The position numbers were made by a program, and so were the translations under genes. From an uncultured Gammaproteobacteria bacterium (lineage in GTDB: Bacteria > Patescibacteriota > Microgenomatia > Levybacterales > UBA12049), in assembly GCA_964544105.1 (NCBI GenBank), contig CAZIZQ010000004.1, forward strand, positions 1-39,695: a stretch of 39,695 nt of DNA. Direction: 5' to 3'. The notes under the pieces were generated by a model. It saw only the letters and a program-made list of their open reading frames with translations, ran no database searches and was not told the DNA's origin. Positions 24,810-33,954 of this stretch are shown here, piece by piece. Every line of letters starts with the position of its first letter. Positions within the stretch are counted from its first letter, which is position 1.

Positions 24810-24865
24810 ATTTGTATATTGTCCGTGAAAACTGACATTAGTTTAACTTAACTTTTCACAAAAAG

Positions 24866-25195
24866 TCAAGAGTGTAATTTTTCTTTTCCAACCTGGATAA
24901 TCTGCACTTTGGAAAGAAATGCCCTAAATCCAATTCGTTTTCGGTGCCTAACTTTTGCCTTAAACGAGCTTACATATATTTTTTCTCCCTTGCCATTTTC
25001 CAAAACCTTACCCTTTACCACAACATCTGGAAGCTTGGGAGTACCAATAAGGGTTTTATCATCTGTCCTATGAAGCAAAACAGTATCAAATACTACGTCG
25101 TTATTTTCGGCAATTGGCAGCCGGTCTACTTCGATAGTATCACCAACCGATACCCGGTACTGCTTTCCTCCACTTACAATTACTGCGTATTGCAT
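24866..25195 (-). CDS. rplU: 50S ribosomal protein L21
   Basis: MQYAVIVSGGKQYRVSVGDTIEVDRL. Adjacent to rpmA. Confidence 0.9.
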   Translation of the reverse strand: MQYAVIVSGGKQYRVSVGDTIEVDRLPIAENNDVVFDTVLLHRTDDKTLIGTPKLPDVVVKGKVLENGKGEKIYVSSFKAKVRHRKRIGFRAFLSKVQIIQVGKEKLHS

Positions 25196-25216
25196 CCTGC
25201 TATTATAGCAGACATT

Positions 25217-26287
25217 CTAACGAATTTCTAGAATAGATCTTGACCCAGATTGAAACCGAAAACTAGACAAAATTCCAAGAATTATAAAGCTGGAAAGCAA
25301 AGAACTCCCTCCATAGGAAACGAATGGCAAAGTTACCCCAACAATCGGCATTAACCCAATATTCATCCCCACATTTACAAAAAACTGTATAAGAAACAGT
25401 AAAAATGAACCAATACAAAATACTTTCTCAAAGGCATCATCGACTTCGTAATAGAGTAATATAATTTTGTATAGCAAGAAGGCAAAGCAAAAAAGTACAA
25501 ATATTCCTCCCAATAATCCAAAACTCTCAACGATGGTCGCAAAAATAAAATCTGTATGACGTTCTGGTAAAAAACGTAAAATAGACTGTGTCCCCTGCCC
25601 AAATCCTTTTCCAAACAATCCCCCAGAGCCAACCGCAATTAACGATTGCATTGCATTATATGATGTGCCGAGCGGATCTGTTTCAGGACGAAAAAATGTA
25701 GTCACCCGATCTTTTTGATACTCATGCAAAAACTGCCAAAATACGGGTAAAGACACCAAAAATACAGACAAGCCGATAACAAACCATCTTTTAGGAAAAC
25801 CAAACAGGAAAAGCGTTGCTACTGCCACTCCTACATAAATAAGCGCGCTGCCTAAATCTGGCTGGAAAAAAATAAGCAAGGATATTGGGAAGAGTAATAC
25901 CAGGACTTTTATAAAAAGCCGTAATGATCGACCACCACCTTTTGCCAAAAACCACGAAAAACAAACAAGCAGAAACGGTTTCAATATTTCGGAAAACTGT
26001 ATTCGAAAACCAAAAATATCAATCCACCTTACAGCACCGCGGCTTTCAAAACCCAAAAATAATACAAAAGCAAGTATTAACACCGAAAGTACATACATCG
26101 GGACTGAATAGAGCTGCAATACCTTAGCTTGAGAGTTGGAAAAGAGGAAAAAAGCAACAATAGAAATACCTACATACAACAGCTGGCTAAAAAAATATGC
26201 GGTGCTTATGGAAAAAAGAGTTGCAAGACTTACTGTTGCTAAAGCCAAAACCGGAAGTAAAAACGTCCAGTCAAATTTACTCCTCAT
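25217..26287 (-). CDS. rodA: SEDS-family peptidoglycan polymerase (RodA-like)
   Basis: FtsW/RodA/SpoVE topology and motifs (PERHTDFIFA, LPFVSYGGSS). Called RodA because a second SEDS gene occupies the ftsW slot of the dcw cluster. Confidence 0.7.
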   Translation of the reverse strand: MRSKFDWTFLLPVLALATVSLATLFSISTAYFFSQLLYVGISIVAFFLFSNSQAKVLQLYSVPMYVLSVLILAFVLFLGFESRGAVRWIDIFGFRIQFSEILKPFLLVCFSWFLAKGGGRSLRLFIKVLVLLFPISLLIFFQPDLGSALIYVGVAVATLFLFGFPKRWFVIGLSVFLVSLPVFWQFLHEYQKDRVTTFFRPETDPLGTSYNAMQSLIAVGSGGLFGKGFGQGTQSILRFLPERHTDFIFATIVESFGLLGGIFVLFCFAFLLYKIILLYYEVDDAFEKVFCIGSFLLFLIQFFVNVGMNIGLMPIVGVTLPFVSYGGSSLLSSFIILGILSSFRFQSGSRSILEIR

Positions 26288-29115
26288 ACTCGCTGTACAG
26301 AAAAATCCCCTTTTGTTAATGTTTTGATTAAGGCTTTCCTTTTTATTTCACCAGTAAACTTTTCTGGCCAGTCTGGAAGTACCACTACAACCATTTCATC
26401 AAGCCGGGTGCCAAGTTTTTTTCTCTCCTCCTGAATTTGACGAATAATATCCCGCGCCCAACCAGCCTCTATATCTTGATTTTTCTCACTTGTATCACCC
26501 GAAACTCCATAATCATCACTTTTACCTGCATATTTCAATTTATAAACATTAACTTCTTCTAGCACAACTTGTTTTACTTCCTCTTGTAATTCTTCCGGGC
26601 CTTTATATACCAGCTTTTTTAGTGGAATTCTTACTTTTACCCCTTTTATTTTTCTTAAAGCATGGACTTTCGATGCCAGTTGCATTCCATACTCCATCTC
26701 TACCAACAGCTTTGAGTTTTGGTTTTTCGGTTTTGAGTTTATTTGCGGCCATTTGGTCAAATGTACCGATTCTTCTCCTGTTAGGTTTTTATAGATCTCT
26801 TCTGTCACAAAAGGCGTAAGGGGTGCCATAAGTTTACAAAGCGTTGTTAAAACATAATGGCAGGTATTATAAAATGCCTCTTTATCTGCTCCATTTTCAA
26901 CCGATGGCCCAACCCTGTCTCTGCTTCTTCTGATATGCCATGTTGATAAAGCATTAACAAAAACACCAATACGTCCAATAGCCATAACAGTGTCGTATTT
27001 CTCCAAACTCTCTGTGACATCAGTTACCAAATTCTCAAGCAGCAAAACAATCCACTGATCAAGAACATTTTCTGATACTTGATACTTGATACTTGATACT
27101 TGATACTTATCTGTTATTGCATTACTTACAAAAAAGTTATAGACGTTCCACAATAACAACAACATTCCCTTTACCTGACTTTTATATTGTTCTTCAGAAA
27201 CAGATGTATCTTCTCCTTGAACAACTGGACTGCTCATTAAATAAAGTCGCAGCGCATCACCACCATATTTTTGTAGCATTTCCTTTGGATCTGGATAATT
27301 TTTAAAATTCTTACTCATTTTTCGTCCATCTGTTCCTAGAATAACACCATTTACTAAAACATTTTTAAATGCTGCTTTTTGATATAGCGCGTTTGAAATA
27401 ACATCCAACACATAAAACCAGGCCCGAATTTGCCCTGTATATTCAACAATAAAATCCGGAGGATAAAAATTTTCTAGTGATTCTACCTCTAAATGGCCTG
27501 CCCTGAGCTTGCCGAAGGGAAAATGTCGCTCACCAAAAGAGGCACTCCCTGCTTCGATCCAAGAATCCAAAACCTCTGGGACTCGGTGAACTGTTTTTTT
27601 GCAACTGTAACATTCAATAGTTACTTCGTCAATTTCTGGCTTATGTAAATCCAAAACTACCCGCCCCGAACGTTTTTCTAACTCCTGAATTGATCCCGGA
27701 ATAAAACGCTCTCCACATTCGCATTCCCAAACAGGAACAGGCGATCCCCAATAACGGTTTCTAGAAATATTCCAGTCTGGCGCATGTTCTAGGCTTTTTA
27801 AAAACCTTCCATGCTTGAAATGTTTTGGGATCCAATTAATATCCTCGTTTGTTTTTTCCATGTCCTCTTTTAATTTTTGTACATTTACATACCATGCCGA
27901 AATTGGGGCGTAATATAGTCTTGTTGAACATCGCCAACAATGTGGCATAGTATGCACATACTGTTTGTCCTGATATATTAATCCCCGCTCTGCCAAATCC
28001 ATATTTACTGCTTTATCAGACTTTAAATAGTACATGCCTCCAAATTTTGGAACATTACTTAAAACGTGACCCTCTTCGTCCAAGTGTAATTCAATATGAA
28101 TATTTTGCTCTTTCATGACTCTTAAATCATCCTCACCATACGCAGCCAAAGTTACTATTCCTGTCCCCTCCTCTGCTGTGACAAAATCATCAGCAACTAC
28201 AATGAAAGCCTTTTTCTCTTTATCAACGGAATAATAATCATAATGTGGCACAAATTCTAAATGAGCAAGATCTTTACCTTTTATTTTTTTTAAAATTTCG
28301 TATTTAGCCTCAAGCATATTAATGCTAGCTTCTGCCAGAATATATTTTTCATTATTAACTTTTACTTTAACGTAAGTTTGCTTGGGATTAACAGCCAGAG
28401 CAGAGGTGGAAATTTTCGTCCATGGAGTTGTAGACCAAGCTAACAAATATGTCTTTGACTCATCTCTTAACTGAAATTTGTAGATTGTCCCGGGGTCTGT
28501 CACCTCTTTATAATTATCATTGTCCATGGCAACTTCAAAATTGGAAATTGGGGTAGCGCAATGCGGACAATACAACGAAACTTTTAGCCCCTTATAAATA
28601 AGGTCTTTTTCATACAGCTGTTTGAAAACCCACATCACAGATTCCATATATGGTGTGTCCCATGTTTTATACGCATTTTTAAAATCAACCCATCGCCCTA
28701 CATGATCTACGTACCATTCCCACTCTGAAGATATTTGGGTTACGTATGCTTTGCATTCATCGATAAATTTCTTAACACCAATAACTTCTTCTATGTCTTT
28801 TTTTCTCTTTATTTCAAGCTTATTTTCAACTTTGTTTTCAACTGGAAGTCCATGACCATCCCAACCCCATACACGTCGCACATGATATCCCTGCATAGTC
28901 TTAAACCTAGGAAATAAATCTTTTGCAATACTAGTTAACAAATGACCATAATGAGGAAGCCCAGTAACAAAAGGTGGACCATCCAAAAAAGTCCAATTAC
29001 CTTTTGGCGAATCTTTTTCCAGTGATTTTTCAAAAATTTTGTTGGTTTTCCAAAACTGGATAATTTCTTCCTCGAGTTTGGGAAAATCAATCTGCGCAGT
29101 TACAGATTTTAACAT
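26284..29115 (-). CDS. ileS: Isoleucine--tRNA ligase (type 2)
   Basis: HIGH-type motif PHYGHLL, KMSKS-type motif GRKMSKNF, editing-domain insertion, Zn-binding CPHC/CWRC. The conserved N-terminus starts at M57 of the ORF (MLKSVTAQIDFPKLEEEI), ATG at 29113-29115. Confidence 0.95.
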   Translation of the reverse strand: MLKSVTAQIDFPKLEEEIIQFWKTNKIFEKSLEKDSPKGNWTFLDGPPFVTGLPHYGHLLTSIAKDLFPRFKTMQGYHVRRVWGWDGHGLPVENKVENKLEIKRKKDIEEVIGVKKFIDECKAYVTQISSEWEWYVDHVGRWVDFKNAYKTWDTPYMESVMWVFKQLYEKDLIYKGLKVSLYCPHCATPISNFEVAMDNDNYKEVTDPGTIYKFQLRDESKTYLLAWSTTPWTKISTSALAVNPKQTYVKVKVNNEKYILAEASINMLEAKYEILKKIKGKDLAHLEFVPHYDYYSVDKEKKAFIVVADDFVTAEEGTGIVTLAAYGEDDLRVMKEQNIHIELHLDEEGHVLSNVPKFGGMYYLKSDKAVNMDLAERGLIYQDKQYVHTMPHCWRCSTRLYYAPISAWYVNVQKLKEDMEKTNEDINWIPKHFKHGRFLKSLEHAPDWNISRNRYWGSPVPVWECECGERFIPGSIQELEKRSGRVVLDLHKPEIDEVTIECYSCKKTVHRVPEVLDSWIEAGSASFGERHFPFGKLRAGHLEVESLENFYPPDFIVEYTGQIRAWFYVLDVISNALYQKAAFKNVLVNGVILGTDGRKMSKNFKNYPDPKEMLQKYGGDALRLYLMSSPVVQGEDTSVSEEQYKSQVKGMLLLLWNVYNFFVSNAITDKYQVSSIKYQVSENVLDQWIVLLLENLVTDVTESLEKYDTVMAIGRIGVFVNALSTWHIRRSRDRVGPSVENGADKEAFYNTCHYVLTTLCKLMAPLTPFVTEEIYKNLTGEESVHLTKWPQINSKPKNQNSKLLVEMEYGMQLASKVHALRKIKGVKVRIPLKKLVYKGPEELQEEVKQVVLEEVNVYKLKYAGKSDDYGVSGDTSEKNQDIEAGWARDIIRQIQEERKKLGTRLDEMVVVVLPDWPEKFTGEIKRKALIKTLTKGDFSVQRV
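27074..27108. repeat. Tandem heptanucleotide repeat (GATACTT) x5 inside ileS
   Basis: Five perfect units covering 27074-27108. Translated on the minus strand as KYQVSSIKYQVS. Confidence 0.9.
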
Positions 29116-29165
29116 ACCATTAAATTGTAGCAAAAAATGGTATAATACGCACGAGGTAAACAAAA

Positions 29166-29759
29166 ATGCACTCCTTTGGTGACTTAAAACAGGGTAAGGA
29201 AATAAAACTCCATGATTATCCTTTGGTAAAATGTGCCGCGGGAGAAAAAATTCTCTGCGCCCAACGGGAGCATCCTGTAACATATATCCTAGCCATGCTA
29301 GCTAGACTTGTTACTGAAATTTTTATATTCATCTCTTTTTTTCTAGTTGCCTATAGTACTCTTGCTCTCGCAAATCTTTTTGTAAATAAACAAATACTAT
29401 TTCTACTTGTTGCTATTATTGGCAGCTCAACCATATTACTAATAGAACTCTATGCGTTTCTTTCATGGTATTACCAATTTTATATTGTCACCAATAAAGC
29501 GATTGTCCACAAACGATTTTTCCGCATATCAGGTTTTTATTCCGAAGTCATTTTTTTAGAACAAATACACCAGCAAGAAATAGACAGAAGCCCACCAAAC
29601 TTACTTTACGACTATTTAAGAATTGAAAACGTTACGGTACTATTTCATAAATTAGAACGGGAAGACCCGTTTTTCTTTCATGCGCCGGAAAACGCCCAGG
29701 AAATCGAAGATGCAATCCAAAGTATCACTATCGAATACGGTATTTCGAAAAAAATATGA
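29166..29759 (+). CDS. Membrane protein with bacterial PH-like (bPH/DUF304-type) architecture
   Basis: AAGEKILCAQREHPVTYIL followed by two TM helices and then YYQFYIVTNKAIVHKRFF. This pattern is typical of YdbS/YdbT-like bPH proteins. Confidence 0.45.
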   Translation: MHSFGDLKQGKEIKLHDYPLVKCAAGEKILCAQREHPVTYILAMLARLVTEIFIFISFFLVAYSTLALANLFVNKQILFLLVAIIGSSTILLIELYAFLSWYYQFYIVTNKAIVHKRFFRISGFYSEVIFLEQIHQQEIDRSPPNLLYDYLRIENVTVLFHKLEREDPFFFHAPENAQEIEDAIQSITIEYGISKKI

Positions 29760-29962
29760 TTCAAAATACCCTACTACACATATTTATTTTTGTATTTTTT
29801 ATTTTACTCCTTATATGCTTGGGGCTTGTTATCTTTTCTGCTAGAAGGGCATTCAACGCAACTAAAATCCCCGTGCCATTTTTTATTGTTTTAATAATTT
29901 TGCTTGTTTTTCTACTTATTTTAAGTGGAATTCTTATTGAAGGGTATTTATTAATTTTTTAA
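29756..29962 (+). CDS. Small hydrophobic protein (2 TM), hypothetical
   Basis: 68-aa ORF with an ATGA overlap onto the upstream gene. Two long hydrophobic helices. Confidence 0.4.
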   Translation: MIQNTLLHIFIFVFFILLLICLGLVIFSARRAFNATKIPVPFFIVLIILLVFLLILSGILIEGYLLIF

Positions 29963-31053
29963 TTCCTCTGCCTCAAGAATGCGGGGATTTCGAAAACGTC
30001 TTCTTCTTCCTTTTTTTCTTCTTGATTTACACCAGTCACAAATGGTTTTTGTTCTTCAACCTTTTTCTCTGGCACAACAAATTCCCGTAGTCTTTGTTTG
30101 GTTTGATCAAAACCGGTGGCAACAACTGTAATTTTTATCTGGTCGCGCATAGATTCGTCAATGGTGGCACCAAAAATAATGTTGGCATCCGGGTCTGCTG
30201 CAGAAGATATGATCTTTGCTGCTTCGTCCACCTCGTTCATGGTAAGATCCGGACCGCCAATAATATTAAATAGCACCCCACGCGCTCCATCCATAGAAAT
30301 CTCAAGAAGAGGTGACGCTACAGCTGTCCGGGCGGCAGTCTGTGCCCTATTTTCCCCAACACCTGTCCCAATACCCATCAGGGCCGAGCCGGCATTAGTC
30401 ATAATAGCCCGTACATCTGCAAAATCAACATTAATAAGCCCCGGCATGGTAATAAGATCAGAAATTCCCTGTACTCCTTGTGTCAACACCGAATCAGCAA
30501 CTTTAAATGCCTCGAGTAACGACAATTTTCTGTCGACCACATCCAAAATACGCTGGTTTGGAATAACAATTAATGTATCTACTTTATCCCGTAAATTTTC
30601 TACACCATCTTCTGCGGATACCATTCGACGTGTCCCCTCAAAACCAAAAGGTTTGGTAACTACAGCTATGGTTAATGCTCCCACTTCTTTAGCAACTTGA
30701 GCAATTATCGGCGTTGCCCCTGTTCCGGTACCACCACCCATGCCGGCTGCCAAAAACACCATGTCTGTTCCTTCCAACATATCTTTAATTTTTTGCTGCG
30801 ATTCTTCCGCTGCCTGCTTTCCAACTTCCGGATTACCACCCGACCCAAGACCTTTGGTAAAATTCTCGCCAATTTGCAGCTTTGTTACCGACTGGCACAT
30901 CAGAAGCGCCTGTGCGTCGGTATTCACGGCAATAAAATCAACGCCTTGAATCTGACTCTGCGAAATCATGGAATTTAGAGCATTATTGCCTCCACCACCA
31001 ATACCCATAACCCGAATTTTTGCAAAATTTGTTGTTTGGGGTTTTATTAACAT
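29959..31053 (-). CDS. ftsZ: Cell division protein FtsZ
   Basis: [13 protein letters not shown] and the tubulin signature [12 protein letters not shown]. Confidence 0.95.
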   Translation of the reverse strand: MLIKPQTTNFAKIRVMGIGGGGNNALNSMISQSQIQGVDFIAVNTDAQALLMCQSVTKLQIGENFTKGLGSGGNPEVGKQAAEESQQKIKDMLEGTDMVFLAAGMGGGTGTGATPIIAQVAKEVGALTIAVVTKPFGFEGTRRMVSAEDGVENLRDKVDTLIVIPNQRILDVVDRKLSLLEAFKVADSVLTQGVQGISDLITMPGLINVDFADVRAIMTNAGSALMGIGTGVGENRAQTAARTAVASPLLEISMDGARGVLFNIIGGPDLTMNEVDEAAKIISSAADPDANIIFGATIDESMRDQIKITVVATGFDQTKQRLREFVVPEKKVEEQKPFVTGVNQEEKKEEEDVFEIPAFLRQRN

Positions 31054-31118
31054 AATATACGAAACATGGACATCCTAACAGATAAAAAAAAGATTATCAA
31101 GAGGGTAACAATACCATA

Positions 31119-32435
31119 CTAGGGCATGAAGGATTTTAGAAAAGATATTATTTTTTGGGACAATTTTCCCAAACGAAGTGCCGGCAGCGAAGGCAACGAC
31201 AAACCAAACGGTAACGTCGATTTAACCTCGACCTTTGACCCGCACAACAAAAGTCCTACAGCTGTGGCAAAAGCCGGGTCTTCAATTTCGTCTGTAATGC
31301 CTTTTAATTCCTTTGGCATACCAACCCTTACCGGCATAGCCAGCATCCGCTTTGCCGCGTCTGTTACCCCAACGGTCTTTGCTCCACCCCCGGTTACCAC
31401 AAGACCTGCTGGGGTAAGACCTGCAAACCCGCTCTTTTTTAACTCAATACCAACAAAAGTAAAAATTTCGTTAAGTCGTGGGCGAATAATACCATCAATT
31501 AAAGTTTTCTTTGAAACCTTTCGTAATTCCTCCGGCAACTGCAAAGATGATAGGTCTATTTCGTCACCTTTAGCCACAAAATCCGCTTTGCCGTGTTTTT
31601 CTTTGGGGCCCTCGTCCTCATCATATTCGACTCTAGTTTTTTGCTTTCCTGTTTCAGATAAAAACAGCTTTATTTTTTCGGCCGATTCCAAAGAAATCCT
31701 CAACCCAATCGCCAGATCATTAGTAATATGACGCGCCCCAATTGGCAATACCGAAGAGTACGATACAGACCCCTCAACAAACACAGAAATATCAGTTGTG
31801 CCAGATCCAATATCCACAAGCACAACCCCTAATTCTTTTTCAGTATCAGACAATACCGAGAGACTGCTGGCATAACCACTAAATACCAACGCCTCTACAT
31901 CTACACCCACTTCATCAAGCGCTTTTTCTAAATTCCGAAGAGAGATGGTACTTGCAGTAATAATATGAGTATCAACTTCTAACCTTACTCCTGTCATCCC
32001 AATTGGGTCTTTTATCCCTTCCTGCCCATCAACTGTATAACTTCGAGGCAACACATGAATAACTTCACGATTAGAAGAAATCGATACCGCCCGCGCCGCA
32101 TCAATAACCCGCTGTAAATCAGATGTATTTATCTCTCCTTCCGGTGTAGATACTGCAACAACTCCTTTAGAATTCTGGCTCTCTATATGACCCCCGCCGA
32201 TTGAGGCAACAACTTTAGATACCGAATATCCGGCCATCCTCTCCGCTGCCTCAAGCGAAGTATTTATTGCAGCAACCGCATCCTCTATATCAACAATCTG
32301 CCCCTTACGCATCCCGGCAGCTTTTGATTCAGAAACACCCAAAACTTGAGTTGCATCATCTGTAACTTTGGCAATTAATGACACGATTTTAGATGTCCCA
32401 ATATCTATTCCAACAATAATTTTTCCCTCTGTCAT
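31119..32435 (-). CDS. ftsA: Cell division protein FtsA
   Basis: Actin-fold phosphate-1 motif IVGIDIGTSKIV and VDIGSGTTDISV. Positioned upstream of ftsZ. Confidence 0.9.
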   Translation of the reverse strand: MTEGKIIVGIDIGTSKIVSLIAKVTDDATQVLGVSESKAAGMRKGQIVDIEDAVAAINTSLEAAERMAGYSVSKVVASIGGGHIESQNSKGVVAVSTPEGEINTSDLQRVIDAARAVSISSNREVIHVLPRSYTVDGQEGIKDPIGMTGVRLEVDTHIITASTISLRNLEKALDEVGVDVEALVFSGYASSLSVLSDTEKELGVVLVDIGSGTTDISVFVEGSVSYSSVLPIGARHITNDLAIGLRISLESAEKIKLFLSETGKQKTRVEYDEDEGPKEKHGKADFVAKGDEIDLSSLQLPEELRKVSKKTLIDGIIRPRLNEIFTFVGIELKKSGFAGLTPAGLVVTGGGAKTVGVTDAAKRMLAMPVRVGMPKELKGITDEIEDPAFATAVGLLLCGSKVEVKSTLPFGLSLPSLPALRLGKLSQKIISFLKSFMP

Positions 32436-32447
32436 AGCTATATATTT

Positions 32448-32861
32448 TTATTGTATCGTTAATACCGGTGTATCAAAACGAAAATCAACACGCGAAACGC
32501 GCTTTCCCTCTATTGTAAGCCGAGAAAGAATAAGTTGTAAAGAGGAAACTTGTTCTACCAACGATTTTCCTCTTGCTAAAAATACATCTTCTCCTGATCC
32601 AAGCTTTATTAAATATGACGAGGCGTCATATACAAACACGCCGGAAAATGAAATCCGTTTTTCCTTTAAAAGTTCAGTAATTCTGTTAATCTGCTCTGTT
32701 TGCTCCTGATTTTGTTTTGAGACTGGACTAATAAATGTTTTTTTCTTCTCAAGAGTACGTATACTATAAAAAGAAACAAGCACAACAAAAAATGCAACAG
32801 AGCATAAAAACCAATAAATAACTATTCTTCTTTTAGACCTTTGACGCATAACTAACAACAT
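32448..32861 (-). CDS. Minimal FtsQ/DivIB-like protein (bitopic)
   Basis: Single N-terminal TM plus a ~90-aa domain ending VSRVDFRFDTPVLT (compare the FtsQ C-terminal DLR...v.v motif). It occupies the ftsQ slot between murG and ftsA. Alternative ATG at 32849. Confidence 0.45.
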   Translation of the reverse strand: MLLVMRQRSKRRIVIYWFLCSVAFFVVLVSFYSIRTLEKKKTFISPVSKQNQEQTEQINRITELLKEKRISFSGVFVYDASSYLIKLGSGEDVFLARGKSLVEQVSSLQLILSRLTIEGKRVSRVDFRFDTPVLTIQ

Positions 32862-33951
32862 TAATAATACGTTTTTCTGCGTCAGTTATAATATACTCTT
32901 TTGCACGCTTTGAGTTTTGAAGATACATATTCCGCTTTCCAAGCAGAGTGCAAACACGCTCATAAAAACTACTTATTGTTAGCTCGTTTTGTTTTGCCAT
33001 TTCTGCCAAACCAAGATCAGACAAAAACTGTGCATTTTTTTCCTGCTCATCCCTTTGTGAAAACGGAAGAGGGATAAGAAGGCTGGGTTTGCCAAAAAAA
33101 AGTAACTCCGAAACAGTATTAATTCCCGACCTGGCTACCACAAGATCTGCCCAGCGCATAATACCACCTACATCTTCTGAATTAACAAATTTAGTAAGAA
33201 TATATCGATCTCTAAGTGACTTATTTAACCTATTTTTTATTTTTGATAATCGGTCATAATCCCTAAATTCCCCAGAATCACCTGTCTGATGAATAACAAC
33301 ACATATTTCTAATAGCTTCTTAATACACCCCTCAACCAAAACATTTATCGCATGCGATCCCAAACTCCCCCCGGTAACATACACAACTGGCAACTTCTCT
33401 TTCGGTAATTGAAAATTGAATCCGCCAGCTGGCGGAGAAAATTGTCGTATGGGATTTCCTGTCAATACCACCTTTTCTTTGGGGAAAAACTTTTTTGACG
33501 ACTCCCACGAAATACACACCTTTTTGGCAAAATATGAGGCAATTCTATTTGCCGCGCCTGCTTCTAGTGTTTGCTCATGAATAACAACCGGAATTCGTAA
33601 TATCCACGCAGCCATAACAACAGGTATCGAAACATACCCTCCAAACGACAAAACTACATCGGGACGAAAATTTTTAACTACTTGGTATGCTTCAAAAAAA
33701 CCTTTTGGTAACCTTAGCAATGATGGTATTGTATGTCTGGTAAATGCTCTCTGCCACCTGCCGGTGGTAATAGCAGCATAAGACATGCCCAAGCGGGCAG
33801 CAGTTTGGTATTCTAAAGATATTGCGCTGTCGCCTTCTAATGCATGTTTTCTTCCCACAACCAACACTTTTGTATCTTTTGGCAATGCTGAATATACACA
33901 CAGAAGGGGAGAAAAATGTCCGCCGCCGCCGGCAGTTAAAATAATTTTCAT
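32833..33951 (-). CDS. murG: UDP-N-acetylglucosamine--N-acetylmuramyl-(pentapeptide) pyrophosphoryl-undecaprenol GlcNAc transferase
   Basis: MKIILTAGGGGHFSPLL (G-loop), VTGGSLGSH, and a C-terminal GINTVSELLFFGKPSLLIPLP. Confidence 0.9.
   Translation of the reverse strand: MKIILTAGGGGHFSPLLCVYSALPKDTKVLVVGRKHALEGDSAISLEYQTAARLGMSYAAITTGRWQRAFTRHTIPSLLRLPKGFFEAYQVVKNFRPDVVLSFGGYVSIPVVMAAWILRIPVVIHEQTLEAGAANRIASYFAKKVCISWESSKKFFPKEKVVLTGNPIRQFSPPAGGFNFQLPKEKLPVVYVTGGSLGSHAINVLVEGCIKKLLEICVVIHQTGDSGEFRDYDRLSKIKNRLNKSLRDRYILTKFVNSEDVGGIMRWADLVVARSGINTVSELLFFGKPSLLIPLPFSQRDEQEKNAQFLSDLGLAEMAKQNELTISSFYERVCTLLGKRNMYLQNSKRAKEYIITDAEKRIINVVSYASKV
33421..33436. repeat. Perfect 16-nt palindrome tccgccagctggcgga inside murG
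   Basis: Self-complementary over all 16 nt. Flanked by aattgaaaattgaa (33407-33420) and gaaaattg (33437-33444). Translated as PPAGG within FSPPAGGFNFQLP. Confidence 0.85.
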
Positions 33952-33954
33952 ATA

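Noticed and set aside
24825-24859. 7-bp inverted repeat gtgaaaa/ttttcac with a 21-nt loop between rplU and rpmA
   Set aside because: It is a short AT-rich stem with a large loop, expected by chance in AT-rich intergenic DNA, and matches no known leader motif. Noted only as a possible weak mRNA structure.
29116-29165. T-box leader upstream of ileS
   Set aside because: Only ~50 nt separate ileS from the divergent gene. No T-box sequence (AGGGTGGNACCGCG-like) or specifier hairpin can fit or is visible.
29116-29283. 56-codon N-terminal extension of ileS in the ORF track
   Set aside because: The conserved IleRS N-terminus begins at the internal ATG (29113-29115). The extension has no IleRS similarity and overlaps the divergent bPH-like gene, whose own N-terminal motif (GEKIL..REHP) looks genuine.
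30116-31731. Long plus-strand ORFs (194 aa at 30116-30700, 201 aa at 31126-31731, and others) antisense to ftsZ and ftsA
   Set aside because: They are shadow ORFs opposite highly conserved genes. The translations are low-complexity Ser/Pro/Ala/Thr-rich with no motifs. The same applies to antisense ORFs inside the ABC genes (20185-20749, 21287-21908), the GT2 gene (11335-11986) and the sigma gene (18531-18987).
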